A stretch of 64,000 bases of DNA, from IMG/VR virus record IMGVR_UViG_3300006922_000005, one strand, 5' to 3'. A model generated the notes under the pieces. It worked only from the letters and a program-made list of their open reading frames with translations, searched no databases and was not told where the DNA came from. Of this stretch, positions 27,192-36,308 are shown piece after piece. The stretch's first letter is position 1, and each line of letters starts with the position of its first letter. The stretch is from a virus (lineage: Duplodnaviria > Caudoviricetes). The translations under genes were made by a program, and so were the position numbers.

Positions 27192-28435
27192 TTACTTTTC
27201 CAGTTATTTTGGTCCCATATTTTACCATTATTAACAAGGGTTACAAACTTTTGAAATGTGTGTTCAATGTAGTCTGCTTCTTGTTTATTTAGGTCGTAGA
27301 AACTCAAGAACCAAATTCTTGTGTGTTCTGAGTTCCATAATTTATGACTGTTTAAAAATGTTGATAACATTTTACATTGATCATTGTCATAATTGTTCAC
27401 AAAGTTACAGTAAAGAATACTGTTGCTGTGTGTTACTTCAAATGTATCTACTTGTTTTAGTATGTTTGCAATACGTTCAACAAACGGTACAACATCATTT
27501 ATTACTTTTGTACCAATATCTTCTTCAATACATTTGTTAATTGTTTCTATTGTTGCTCTAGCACCTGTATTTGATTGTGCCCTTGTATTACCTACTGCAA
27601 TAGGAAAGTTATCCCATAGGCTAGGATCAAATGCACTTATTGTATCGTGAATGTTTTTATGTAATACGGTAATAGCCAAAGTTCCAAACCCACCTGTAAG
27701 TGCTTTTCCAAAACAGATCATATCAGGGTTTAAGTTTTTATGTATACTATGTGAAAAATGTCCCATACGCCACATGCCTGTAAGTATTTCATCTACTATT
27801 AACAAGCAACCTGTTTGTTTTCTTGCAGTTTGTATTTTTTCTAATACTTCGTCACTTACTTCACTAATACCATTATACCAATTTACAGTATCTAACATAA
27901 TACCTGCAAGGGTATCTTTGTGTTTTGTAAACATAGCATCAAAGTTATCATCAAAGAAGTCTACAAAATCAATATGTGGCCAATTTCCTAAAATCCAATC
28001 TTGATCATCTGTCATTTGCCAACCAGTAATACTACCTGAATGAAAACTTCCTTTTCTTACAAGTACTGTACGTCTGCGAGATTGTTCTTTTTTAGTCCAA
28101 TATCTCCATGCAATCTTTAATGAATTGTCTACACTATCACTGCCCGTAAGTGCAGGTATAAATCCTGTGTATGTGTTAGGTAAAACTTTTTTAAGAGTAT
28201 CTTCTAGTTCATACCATACAGTACTTTTAGTTGTCCAATCATCGTTTGGAAACTGAAAACTTGTTTCTGCTACTTTGGCTTGTATTTCAGGCTGTGTAAA
28301 TCCAAATATATTACATCCTGTTCCGCCACTTAGGTCATACCATTGCTGATTTTCACCTACTAAGAAGTGTCCATTCATTTCTTTAACTTTAGGGTGTTCG
28401 TCTTTGGGCTGAGAAAAAGGGTGTATTAATTTCAT
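27188..28435 (-). CDS. PLP-dependent class-III aminotransferase
   Basis: YDLSGG, TGSDSVDNSLK, SFHSGS, LIVDEILTG..R.G, PDM...GKALTGG (catalytic Lys present). Confidence 0.88.
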   Translation of the reverse strand: MKLIHPFSQPKDEHPKVKEMNGHFLVGENQQWYDLSGGTGCNIFGFTQPEIQAKVAETSFQFPNDDWTTKSTVWYELEDTLKKVLPNTYTGFIPALTGSDSVDNSLKIAWRYWTKKEQSRRRTVLVRKGSFHSGSITGWQMTDDQDWILGNWPHIDFVDFFDDNFDAMFTKHKDTLAGIMLDTVNWYNGISEVSDEVLEKIQTARKQTGCLLIVDEILTGMWRMGHFSHSIHKNLNPDMICFGKALTGGFGTLAITVLHKNIHDTISAFDPSLWDNFPIAVGNTRAQSNTGARATIETINKCIEEDIGTKVINDVVPFVERIANILKQVDTFEVTHSNSILYCNFVNNYDNDQCKMLSTFLNSHKLWNSEHTRIWFLSFYDLNKQEADYIEHTFQKFVTLVNNGKIWDQNNWKSN

Positions 28436-28439
28436 TGCG

Positions 28440-28955
28440 TTACTCTACTGAATTATCATTTTCGTATTTAGACCAATCAGTAAACTTATCTCTTGGCTGT
28501 AAATCTCTAGCATAATGTACCCAAACACCTACGTTAGATGCTTTAAAGTCTTTATCATCAATCTTAATACAAGCATTATAATTTAAATGATCGATATACG
28601 GAAGTTTAACACTAATCATACTAATAAATTTATTATATTCGTTATATCCTGCTTCGATAACATATTCATGATATCTTACATCATAATCTAGTGTAACCAT
28701 ATAACTTTCTTTAAGTAACCCTTCTACAAGTTCGTCCCAAGCATGACTTGTACCGCCATCAATATTAAAACTTTGATTAGCACCTAAGTAAATATGATCT
28801 ACTGCATGTTTCTTTGCTTGTTTTAATACTTCTTGTAATGGTCTAGGCCCTACTACAAATAACGTGTGTTCTTCAAATGCTGGAGTTTTTTCTACTTCGT
28901 AACCTGTGAAGTAAACAACATCGTCCTTAACACCATCATCATAATCACGCTTCAC
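28440..28955 (-). CDS. Conserved hypothetical protein in deazaguanine operon
   Basis: FTGYEVEKT...TLFVVG...HIYLGANQSF, alternating beta/alpha pattern; co-transcribed with dpdA. Confidence 0.6.
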   Translation of the reverse strand: MKRDYDDGVKDDVVYFTGYEVEKTPAFEEHTLFVVGPRPLQEVLKQAKKHAVDHIYLGANQSFNIDGGTSHAWDELVEGLLKESYMVTLDYDVRYHEYVIEAGYNEYNKFISMISVKLPYIDHLNYNACIKIDDKDFKASNVGVWVHYARDLQPRDKFTDWSKYENDNSVE

Positions 28956-29160
28956 TTTGTGCCTCCAATGAAGTTATTTCTAAGTTAATTTTCCACATCT
29001 CGTCTTTAAGAGAAAGTTTTTGTTTCTTCATTTCTACTAAAAACTTTTCTTGTACTTTTTCTGCCTCTGCAACTTCAACTTTTTCATGTACTAGTTTATG
29101 TTTTGCAATAAGGCTTTGCAGTCTATTGTTTAACTTATCTATCTTTTCTACGTTAGTCAT
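28945..29160 (-). CDS. DUF465/YdcH-like coiled-coil protein (start 29160)
   Basis: L.AKH..VH...MKKQKL.LKDEM; GGAGG RBS. Confidence 0.65.
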   Translation of the reverse strand: MTNVEKIDKLNNRLQSLIAKHKLVHEKVEVAEAEKVQEKFLVEMKKQKLSLKDEMWKINLEITSLEAQSEA

Positions 29161-29161
29161 A

Positions 29162-30610
29162 TTATACCTCCTCGAATAGGTTTGTGTATTGTGTACTAGC
29201 ATTAACTGTCTTCTTACCAGTAGCACCTCTAGTTCCAATAATAGACATCCAAAACCTTGAAAATTCTTCTATTATCGCATTTGCTTCGTCTCTGTTTGAA
29301 GTTGCAAATATTGCTTCCACAACATCTTTAAAAAATAACCTGTCAAAGGACTCTTCGACAAGCATGTTTGGAATGATTCCATTGTCGTATTGTCTGTTTG
29401 CTTCTTGTACTGCATTGATATGACTCCATACATTATGACCCATTTGGATCGCATAAGAAAAACTATCCCATGATGTCTTTCCTTCTTTACCTATTTTATT
29501 TAGATCACCTGGAGCATAAATGCAAACATCTTTGGCTTTTAAGTTTTGTGTAAGTGGTGAATCTTTAAAACTTCCATGTTTACCTTCACGTACAAATGCT
29601 TGTGCAAAAGGCGTAGTATCTGTAGCAAGTGCTTTATCATCTATGCTAGGTACCATTCTGTATACCCATTTACTTCTATCTTGTGTTTCAAGTTCACAAT
29701 AAATTTGACCATTTGCTGTGGCTAAGAACGGACTAGCACAATCAAATGTAATCATAAAGTTTTCATTGTGATACTTGCGAACTGCTCTTTGTATATCTGT
29801 TAATAATGTTGCCCACTCTAATTTACTAGTACCCAAAAAGTGCATAACATCATGTTTGCCCTTTTCAAGTAATCCATCAAAGCGTAATGCAACTAAACGT
29901 TTTAATACTAGATGTACATCACACATGTTCTGTCCACCCATCGACCAACCATTAAAATGATTTTCATACTTTTTAGGATCACAGTAATCTTTCATTTGTT
30001 GATACCAATCTTCTGCATCAGCATGATTCTCGCCTTGTAATACATTTAAGAATTTACAAGCACCGCTTCTGTGTTTCATAAAGTAGTCGTTGTTAATACG
30101 TGTAGCATTAACGGCATCTTGATAGTTGTCAATACCTGTTGCTTTTGCACCTGCTGGTGAACGTGCTACCCAAGCCGGAATATCAAGTATCATACCATAG
30201 TCCATGTAAGCGTCCATCCACGCAAGTACTTGCTCACGTTTCTTTTGTGCTTTAGGACAATTAGGATCTTTCCAATCACCTTCCCACACACCTTTACCTA
30301 TCTGGAAACCACCTGAGTCACCTAACATCCAACTATTGTTACGATCTCTATCTCGTACCATATCTTCTTTAGGTGCATCTTTATTAATATCTAGTTCGGC
30401 ATGTCCTGCGGAATATAATGACCAATGATAGTTAAACAGTCCTTCTTTCTTGTTTAACCAATTCATACTTTCCATACTAGGATACGGAATACGACTCTTA
30501 TCAACGTATTCTTCTCTGCGTTGCTTACCTATAAAGGTAGCATAGAAACCACTCAACGCTGGTAAAAACGTTGCGTAGTCTTTTTGTTCTGTTGTTAAGT
30601 CCGTATTCAT
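29162..30610 (-). CDS. dpdA: 7-deazaguanine DNA transglycosylase (TGT fold, DpdA family, probably DpdA2-like)
   Basis: Catalytic DSGGFQ, MILD, LNVLQG, GWSMGG, HFLG, FDCASP, terminal HN. No CxCxxC zinc site of tRNA TGT. Directly downstream of polB and clamp. Confidence 0.8.
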   Translation of the reverse strand: MNTDLTTEQKDYATFLPALSGFYATFIGKQRREEYVDKSRIPYPSMESMNWLNKKEGLFNYHWSLYSAGHAELDINKDAPKEDMVRDRDRNNSWMLGDSGGFQIGKGVWEGDWKDPNCPKAQKKREQVLAWMDAYMDYGMILDIPAWVARSPAGAKATGIDNYQDAVNATRINNDYFMKHRSGACKFLNVLQGENHADAEDWYQQMKDYCDPKKYENHFNGWSMGGQNMCDVHLVLKRLVALRFDGLLEKGKHDVMHFLGTSKLEWATLLTDIQRAVRKYHNENFMITFDCASPFLATANGQIYCELETQDRSKWVYRMVPSIDDKALATDTTPFAQAFVREGKHGSFKDSPLTQNLKAKDVCIYAPGDLNKIGKEGKTSWDSFSYAIQMGHNVWSHINAVQEANRQYDNGIIPNMLVEESFDRLFFKDVVEAIFATSNRDEANAIIEEFSRFWMSIIGTRGATGKKTVNASTQYTNLFEEV

Positions 30611-30618
30611 TATATCTC

Positions 30619-31350
30619 CTATTTAGATTGTGCTGGCAAAATGTATTCATAAGTTGCCAAACCACTGTCTACTTGAATTTGCATAGCACCTTGATCTGAG
30701 AACTTCATTACTTTGTCGCCATCTAAACTTAAAATAGCAAGTGTTTGTTGTACTGGCCATGCCCATTCATTTTTAAGTGAACCTGTTACACCTGTAGCAA
30801 AAATAAATTCACCTGCGTGTGTACTAGCATCACCAAACTTGAACTTGATGTCTGTACCATCTGTAAGTACAGTAAACACAGTTTCTTCTGCGTTTGCAGT
30901 TGCCTGCATTTTAAATCTTTGTACACTTGCCATAGTAGGTGAAACTTCTACGTCCCATGCCGCACCTTTAAACTTAACAGTCTTAAGTTTTTCATTAATG
31001 ATTTCTGCGTTCATAAAACGATAATCATTTTTAAAGTCACCTGTTTTGTTTTCAAAGTGTATACCAGTTGGAATCTGTACACCGTTTCTATCTTGACGTA
31101 CAACATCAATAGTTGCTTCGTCTTTATATTCTGGACACTTCAAATGAATGTCTAGTTTGTTTAAGTTTGGCATACCAAACGTACCCTTCATCTCTACTTG
31201 GGCGTTTTTAGTATTTGCCTGCATGATCACAGAGCGATCCTCTGCCATGCTATCGATACCTGTTTGTGCATCATCACCATTGACCTTAACAATGTTAAGA
31301 AAGCCAAGTGCATGTGTATGTGCAACAATGTCTTGTAAAATGTCTTTCAT
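30619..31350 (-). CDS. Sliding clamp (gp45/PCNA-like)
   Basis: 243 aa two-domain clamp-like pattern ending YEYILPA; directly after the polymerase. Confidence 0.65.
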   Translation of the reverse strand: MKDILQDIVAHTHALGFLNIVKVNGDDAQTGIDSMAEDRSVIMQANTKNAQVEMKGTFGMPNLNKLDIHLKCPEYKDEATIDVVRQDRNGVQIPTGIHFENKTGDFKNDYRFMNAEIINEKLKTVKFKGAAWDVEVSPTMASVQRFKMQATANAEETVFTVLTDGTDIKFKFGDASTHAGEFIFATGVTGSLKNEWAWPVQQTLAILSLDGDKVMKFSDQGAMQIQVDSGLATYEYILPAQSK

Positions 31351-31374
31351 AGTTTTCTCCGTTCCTTATATACT

Positions 31375-31403
31375 ATTATATTTAGAAAATCATTCAAAGT
31401 CAA
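31375..31403 (-). promoter_or_regulatory. Sigma70 promoter with overlapping late core
   Basis: TTGACT-17-TATAAT; CTAAATA overlaps the -10. Confidence 0.7.
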
Positions 31404-34059
31404 ATAAATTATTGAATGTATTCTTCTGTTCGGTTGATTTAATATCCCAATCTAGCACTCCAATTAGATTATCTAACTTTTTATCGATGATTGCAGTTTC
31501 CATTTCGTCATCTTCAAAAGGCAGTTCTTGGAACCATTTTGGTAGTCTTAGTTCGTCCGTTGGGTACGCAACCGAAGTATATCCCATTGGATTTTGTTTT
31601 AGTTTGCAAACAATAACTTTCATACCGTCTACAATCTGCATACTAAATTTGTCACCGTTCATATCTTTTAATGTATTCCAATTAATAGAAGCACGAACGT
31701 GTCCAGGCATGTTTACTTTGCCTAATTTTTTAAGTTTAGCAAGATAGTCTGTTACGTTGTTTGCACGTTTAGGAGAACCTTTCTCCCAACCAGGCCTTGC
31801 TTTAAATTTAGTTCTAAAATCTGTGATCATATCAAGTATTTCAACTTCTTTGCCGTCTGTTAGTACTGCTAACAATACTTCACTTAAAAAGTCTTGCATA
31901 AACACAGGAGTATCAGAACGTTTAAGATCTAACCCCATTGCTTTTACTTTACCAGGCTTACCATCTGTATCTGTTCTAAATCCTTCATTGTCATATATTA
32001 GAATTGCATAACGTTTTTTAGTAATAAACAATCCTTTTTCACCAACAACTTCTCTACCAGCGGCAATAACTTCACCCCTGCTTTTAGGACAGTGAAATGC
32101 ATTTCCCATAAACTTTGGAAAAGTTACATTTGCTTCTTCACATATTTGATCATACAGTTGAATTACACTTTCTTTATTCCAAGGAATATCTCCTTTGTCA
32201 ATTTCTGCACGTAAACTAGTATAAGCACTAAAGTACACAGAGTCTGTATCACCATATATAATACTTTTACCTACATGATCATACTCGCCTGTAATAATTT
32301 CATTTACTTTTGCACTCATATGTTTTGCAATAGCACGACCTGTAAGTGTAGTACTTTGCCCAATTCTATGATCAAAGAATCTACACCCTGGGTTTAGGAT
32401 TGCTCCATATAAACTATTTAGGTTAATCTTTTTAACAAGTTGTCTTTTATCCCAAAAAGCAGTTTCAATTTTATTACCTGCATCTTGTGCCGCAACCTTT
32501 TTAGCCTGCATTTCTTTACGTTCAGCATACCAACGTTTTAGTAGTCCGGGAATAATACCTTCAAACTCTGTTGTAAATAATGTACCATTAGCACTAACCA
32601 TCCATGGTTGATTACTATCAAAAATTAGTTTGTAAACTTCTGCGGCACTTAATGTATCGCTTTCGCCACCTTCCCAATCAATAGTAATTTCAACGTCCTT
32701 GCGTTGTTCCATTACATAATCATATTCAAGACTACCAAACTTTCCTTCCCAAGCACCTGCAAATGACTTCTTTTTAAAGTTCATTTGTTCGCCTATAAAT
32801 TCTTCTGTATGGTTTTGTTTAAGTTGTCCTATAACTGTTGCTGGATCCATATTCAAACTTCTAATAACAGAAGGATACAGTGAATTCAAATCCATTGATG
32901 CAATCCAGTCATGCAATCCTTTCTTAGGATATGCAACATATGCACCAGCCGCCTGCGATGAACCTGGCTCTCTGTGTACTCTATTAGGTACAACATAACC
33001 ACGTCTGTGTGCTTCGTTAATAATTGCTTGTTCTGTAACTGCGACAGCACCCATTGTTGTTGGTAGTAACACTGTGTTTGCATGTGCAAGTTCATTTGCT
33101 AGATCAATAAAGCGTAATTTCTTATCAAGTTTATCTAACAACAGAACGTCTTGTCTGTTATATTCAATAAATGTTTTAAAGTCATTGTTATATAATTGAT
33201 CTAATGTACCTTCATATTCAGTTTTCTTTTCACCTACTTCTAGTTCACCAATAGCATCTAGTCGATAAGTGTGTCGTTCTTCATATGTGTACTTACGATA
33301 TAGTTCAAGACTATCTAAGTGTTGACGTCCTATAAGATCATATGTTTCTTGTTCTCTACCAAACTTTTCATATACTCTTTTCTTAGGATAAGCGTTCCAT
33401 AAACAAAAACGTCTTGTATCTTCTTTACTTAAAACTCTTGTAATTCTGTTAACAGTATACGGAATATCATAACCTTCACTGTTCCAACCTGATAAAATAT
33501 CAGCGTCTTTAATTAAATCTAAAAATGTATCAAGCATTTCTGCTTCTGAGTCAAACAAATATGTATTAGGAAAGTCTTTACATTCTTCTTTTGCTTGTTC
33601 CATTGTAAGTGTTTTAGGAGGAAGTGCTAGTGTAATAAGACTATCAAGCCATTGTAAATGTACTGTAATTGCAGTAATGGCAGTAAAAGGATCTTCTGGT
33701 GAACTATAACCACGTTCAGGATCAAAGTCAACTTCAATATCAAAAAATGCAACGTTTAGATTAGGTGCATCTTGACCTAAATAGTTTTCTTCTAGTAGTC
33801 TGTATACAGGATTGATGTCTGCTTCATATAGTCCGCGATGTTTATTAATCTTTTGTTCCCTAAGAAAGTCTTTCCAACTTTTACAAACAACACGACTTAC
33901 AGGATCACCAAAAGTACTTTTCTGTTTACCTTTGCCGTCGCCATAATAAAACACATATCTTGCGGGGAACTCGCGAAACTCTCTTTCGCCTTTTTTGTTT
34001 CTCTCTACAACCTTAATAATATCTTTATCACGATCCCAGAGTGCGTCTACATAACTCAA
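31390..34059 (-). CDS. polB: Family B DNA polymerase with 3'-5' exonuclease (T4 gp43-like), TTG start
   Basis: FDIE, WNSEGYD, YNRQD exonuclease motifs; DLNSLYPS, KINLNSLYG, YGDTDS polymerase motifs; no intein. Confidence 0.97.
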   Translation of the reverse strand: MSYVDALWDRDKDIIKVVERNKKGEREFREFPARYVFYYGDGKGKQKSTFGDPVSRVVCKSWKDFLREQKINKHRGLYEADINPVYRLLEENYLGQDAPNLNVAFFDIEVDFDPERGYSSPEDPFTAITAITVHLQWLDSLITLALPPKTLTMEQAKEECKDFPNTYLFDSEAEMLDTFLDLIKDADILSGWNSEGYDIPYTVNRITRVLSKEDTRRFCLWNAYPKKRVYEKFGREQETYDLIGRQHLDSLELYRKYTYEERHTYRLDAIGELEVGEKKTEYEGTLDQLYNNDFKTFIEYNRQDVLLLDKLDKKLRFIDLANELAHANTVLLPTTMGAVAVTEQAIINEAHRRGYVVPNRVHREPGSSQAAGAYVAYPKKGLHDWIASMDLNSLYPSVIRSLNMDPATVIGQLKQNHTEEFIGEQMNFKKKSFAGAWEGKFGSLEYDYVMEQRKDVEITIDWEGGESDTLSAAEVYKLIFDSNQPWMVSANGTLFTTEFEGIIPGLLKRWYAERKEMQAKKVAAQDAGNKIETAFWDKRQLVKKINLNSLYGAILNPGCRFFDHRIGQSTTLTGRAIAKHMSAKVNEIITGEYDHVGKSIIYGDTDSVYFSAYTSLRAEIDKGDIPWNKESVIQLYDQICEEANVTFPKFMGNAFHCPKSRGEVIAAGREVVGEKGLFITKKRYAILIYDNEGFRTDTDGKPGKVKAMGLDLKRSDTPVFMQDFLSEVLLAVLTDGKEVEILDMITDFRTKFKARPGWEKGSPKRANNVTDYLAKLKKLGKVNMPGHVRASINWNTLKDMNGDKFSMQIVDGMKVIVCKLKQNPMGYTSVAYPTDELRLPKWFQELPFEDDEMETAIIDKKLDNLIGVLDWDIKSTEQKNTFNNLFDFE

Positions 34060-34140
34060 TGTCTTCTCCTTTATATGCCACTTTCGGTTGGCAAAAACCA
34101 GTAATGTTGCTTATGGCCAACTAACCTTCTTCAACACTAT
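34060..34140 (-). promoter_or_regulatory. Structured 5' leader of polB with twin bulged hairpins
   Basis: GTTG-gc-C-ATAA-G-CAAC (34106-34121) and TGCCA-ac-C-GAAA-G-TGGCA (34076-34093) upstream of the GGAG SD. Confidence 0.55.
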
Positions 34141-34145
34141 TTAAT

Positions 34146-34174
34146 ATTATAGTATCTTACCACTACAAAGTCAA
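34146..34174 (-). promoter_or_regulatory. Sigma70 promoter for polB
   Basis: TTGACT-17-TATAAT, followed by a TTAAATA late-like core. Confidence 0.78.
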
Positions 34175-34185
34175 GACTTTTTTTA

Positions 34186-34356
34186 TCAAAATCCAAATAA
34201 CTTCATACCATGATTTGCTATTGCATTTAAGATAATAGCAATGCAAGTAAAAATGTGTAGCAACACCCACCCAGTGCGTATAATTGCCACTCTGTCAGCC
34301 TTATTGTTATCTTCATATGCCTTTGTTCCTATTGCCTTGCACCAAATATCCCACAA
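34186..34356 (-). CDS. Small membrane protein (56 aa, TTG start; not in the ORF track)
   Basis: MWDIWCKAIGTKAYEDNNKADRVAIIRT + TM helix; AAGGTG RBS. Confidence 0.6.
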   Translation of the reverse strand: MWDIWCKAIGTKAYEDNNKADRVAIIRTGWVLLHIFTCIAIILNAIANHGMKLFGF

Positions 34357-34373
34357 ATTTAATCACCTTTCAT

Positions 34374-34655
34374 TTACCACCACATGGCGGCAACTCCATA
34401 TCCAAATACGTTAATAACAGCAAAATATCCTGTTAGTAACATGACCCATGCCGCACCTCTGCGTACTGCGGCGTAGCATTGTGTAACCGATCCTACAAAA
34501 AAGAACGGATATATAATTAGCATATTTGGATCTTTAGCATTAAATGCCAAAGTCAAACTTGCCATAACTGTAAAAACAAAACTTATTAGTTCAAAACCAA
34601 AAGCAACCTGATCACTTTTGTAACTATTGATCCAAAAATCTTTTACCTTTTGCAT
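34374..34655 (-). CDS. Small multi-TM membrane protein
   Basis: Three hydrophobic segments; stop/start overlap. Confidence 0.65.
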   Translation of the reverse strand: MQKVKDFWINSYKSDQVAFGFELISFVFTVMASLTLAFNAKDPNMLIIYPFFFVGSVTQCYAAVRRGAAWVMLLTGYFAVINVFGYGVAAMWW

Positions 34656-34918
34656 TAGAGTTTGTCGCGACCAGTAGTAACCATAATAGTTTCTAGGTCT
34701 TCAAACTCATCAACGGCTTTATGCCATTCACCTTTTTGTGCAATTTTAATTGCTTTGTTAATTAAACTTGGCTTAACATCCATTTCTTCTGCTACTGCTT
34801 TTACAGTATCTCTTAAACCTTCTTGTAGGTCTGTAACTTCTTGCAAAACATTTACGCCTTCGTTAACGATCTGAATTAGTTTTGCTTTTTCGTCAGCACC
34901 AAATACTTTGTCACTCAT
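34655..34918 (-). CDS. dsbA: T4 DsbA-like dsDNA-binding protein
   Basis: KL...V.EG...L.E...LQEGL.D.V.A.AEE.DVKP..INKAIK.A; AGGAG RBS. Confidence 0.7.
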   Translation of the reverse strand: MSDKVFGADEKAKLIQIVNEGVNVLQEVTDLQEGLRDTVKAVAEEMDVKPSLINKAIKIAQKGEWHKAVDEFEDLETIMVTTGRDKL

Positions 34919-34945
34919 GTGAGACTCCTTTTAGTAATTTGTTAT

Positions 34946-34974
34946 ATTATATATAGATTTATGCTAGTTGTCAA
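34946..34974 (-). promoter_or_regulatory. Sigma70 promoter
   Basis: TTGACA-17-TATAAT. Confidence 0.8.
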
Positions 34975-35518
34975 GTAGTTTAAACGGAATTGGCACCGTT
35001 TTGTCTAAACATTTAAACCAAACGTTATTTGGACCTATATGATGGTCGTCTGGTAACAGTTCGTTAACTGCTTTGTTTACACCTGGAAAATCCATATCAT
35101 GCCCACATAACCAACCGTTTGGTTTTAATTTAGGTGTGTAGTATTCAATATCACCTTTTACACTATCATAATCGTGACTAGCATCAATGAATACGAAGTC
35201 TAAACTGCCGTTTTCTATTTGTTCATGTACTGTATGACTATGTCCTTGTATTGCTTTTAGCCTAGGACCATACTTTATTATCATGTTATCTTTATAGAAT
35301 AACTTTATGTCATAGTCAATAGCATACATCTTTAATTTTGGAAATGCTTCTAGTAAATGAAATGTTGTTCTACCGTTTCTTACGCCGACTTCGCAACCCA
35401 CTGTTGGTTGTATTTTTTTAAATAAGTCTGCTAAAAAGTAATCTCTTTTGTTAGGTCCAGTGTATTCGATTGTTCTTTTAATTTTAATTTTATCATTAGC
35501 CAATGTTTTCTGCCTCAT
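34964..35518 (-). CDS. Class I SAM-dependent methyltransferase (Methyltransf_24-like)
   Basis: CEVGV..G.T, FVFIDASHDY..V..D, LKPNGWLCGHD. Confidence 0.85.
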   Translation of the reverse strand: MRQKTLANDKIKIKRTIEYTGPNKRDYFLADLFKKIQPTVGCEVGVRNGRTTFHLLEAFPKLKMYAIDYDIKLFYKDNMIIKYGPRLKAIQGHSHTVHEQIENGSLDFVFIDASHDYDSVKGDIEYYTPKLKPNGWLCGHDMDFPGVNKAVNELLPDDHHIGPNNVWFKCLDKTVPIPFKLLDN

Positions 35519-36149
35519 CTTTTGATTTATATGCCCATTCGTCAGTGTGTCCGACTGACCATTTAGGATTGTTTTCTACTGTATAATTTTGTGTACAAAC
35601 TTTAAAGTCTGGCATCTTTCGATCTCCAACTACTAAACTTTGGTCTGTAAAAATAACTCTATTATTAGGTTGTGCGGCAAACTGTCCGTTATCTAATTTA
35701 ATAAAGTTAAAACTTTTGTGTTCTGGATCGTGTTCACTAAAATTTACATTTAGTGTTGAGTGTTGTGTATGACAAGTATCAAGTGTAAACATATATTCGC
35801 CTTTGTGCATCTTTTTATCTTTACCAAAGAATTCACAGTCTGCTAACATAGGCTTTTTAATTAATGTAATATCATAATCAAAACAATCCCATATTTGTAG
35901 TGTGTCTAAAGGTAATTGGTCACTGTGTAAGTAATCATCTTTCCATACAAATGCACTAATAGGTAATTTATCGTACAATGCACCGTATTCTGTAAGTAAT
36001 GTTTCTACGTATAATGCTTTGCCCATTATACTTCTAATACTAATCCAAATACCAGGAGTAACTTCTCCATGCCCTTTTTGGTGGTCATACAGATATTCTT
36101 TTTTCACATAAACTTCAACAGGAGGTAAGTTATGTACTAAGAATGCCAT
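35496..36149 (-). CDS. Conserved hypothetical protein
   Basis: Long ORF, packed; YGALYDKLPISAF, QIWDCF, GQFAAQPNNR. Confidence 0.75.
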   Translation of the reverse strand: MAFLVHNLPPVEVYVKKEYLYDHQKGHGEVTPGIWISIRSIMGKALYVETLLTEYGALYDKLPISAFVWKDDYLHSDQLPLDTLQIWDCFDYDITLIKKPMLADCEFFGKDKKMHKGEYMFTLDTCHTQHSTLNVNFSEHDPEHKSFNFIKLDNGQFAAQPNNRVIFTDQSLVVGDRKMPDFKVCTQNYTVENNPKWSVGHTDEWAYKSKDEAENIG

Positions 36150-36152
36150 ACT

Positions 36153-36308
36153 TTATTTCTTTTGTTTCTTTTGTTTCTTTTTTACATGCAGTTTTGCATG
36201 TGGTACTTTTAAATTTTTCTTGCCATACACATCGCCTATTTTATGCTTGTATGACATATGTGCCGGATCTAATCCGTAGAAGTAATCTGTTACTTCACAT
36301 ATTTTCAT
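36153..36308 (-). CDS. Small basic putative internal-head protein (51 aa; not in the ORF track)
   Basis: MKICEVTD leader; Lys-rich tail; TAATG overlap. Confidence 0.55.
   Translation of the reverse strand: MKICEVTDYFYGLDPAHMSYKHKIGDVYGKKNLKVPHAKLHVKKKQKKQKK

Noticed and set aside
29162-30610. Calling this a tRNA-guanine transglycosylase (tgt)
   Set aside because: It lacks the CxCxxC zinc site, no tRNA genes are seen, and it is transcribed with polB and the clamp. A DNA-acting DpdA is favoured, though tRNA activity is not excluded.
31390-34059. Intein or intron in polB, clpA, clamp loader or thyX
   Set aside because: Lengths and motif spacing are normal; no C/S...HN splice or LAGLIDADG signatures were seen.
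36158-36185. Short TTTGTTTCT tandem repeat
   Set aside because: It simply encodes the KKQKKQKK tail of a small basic protein.
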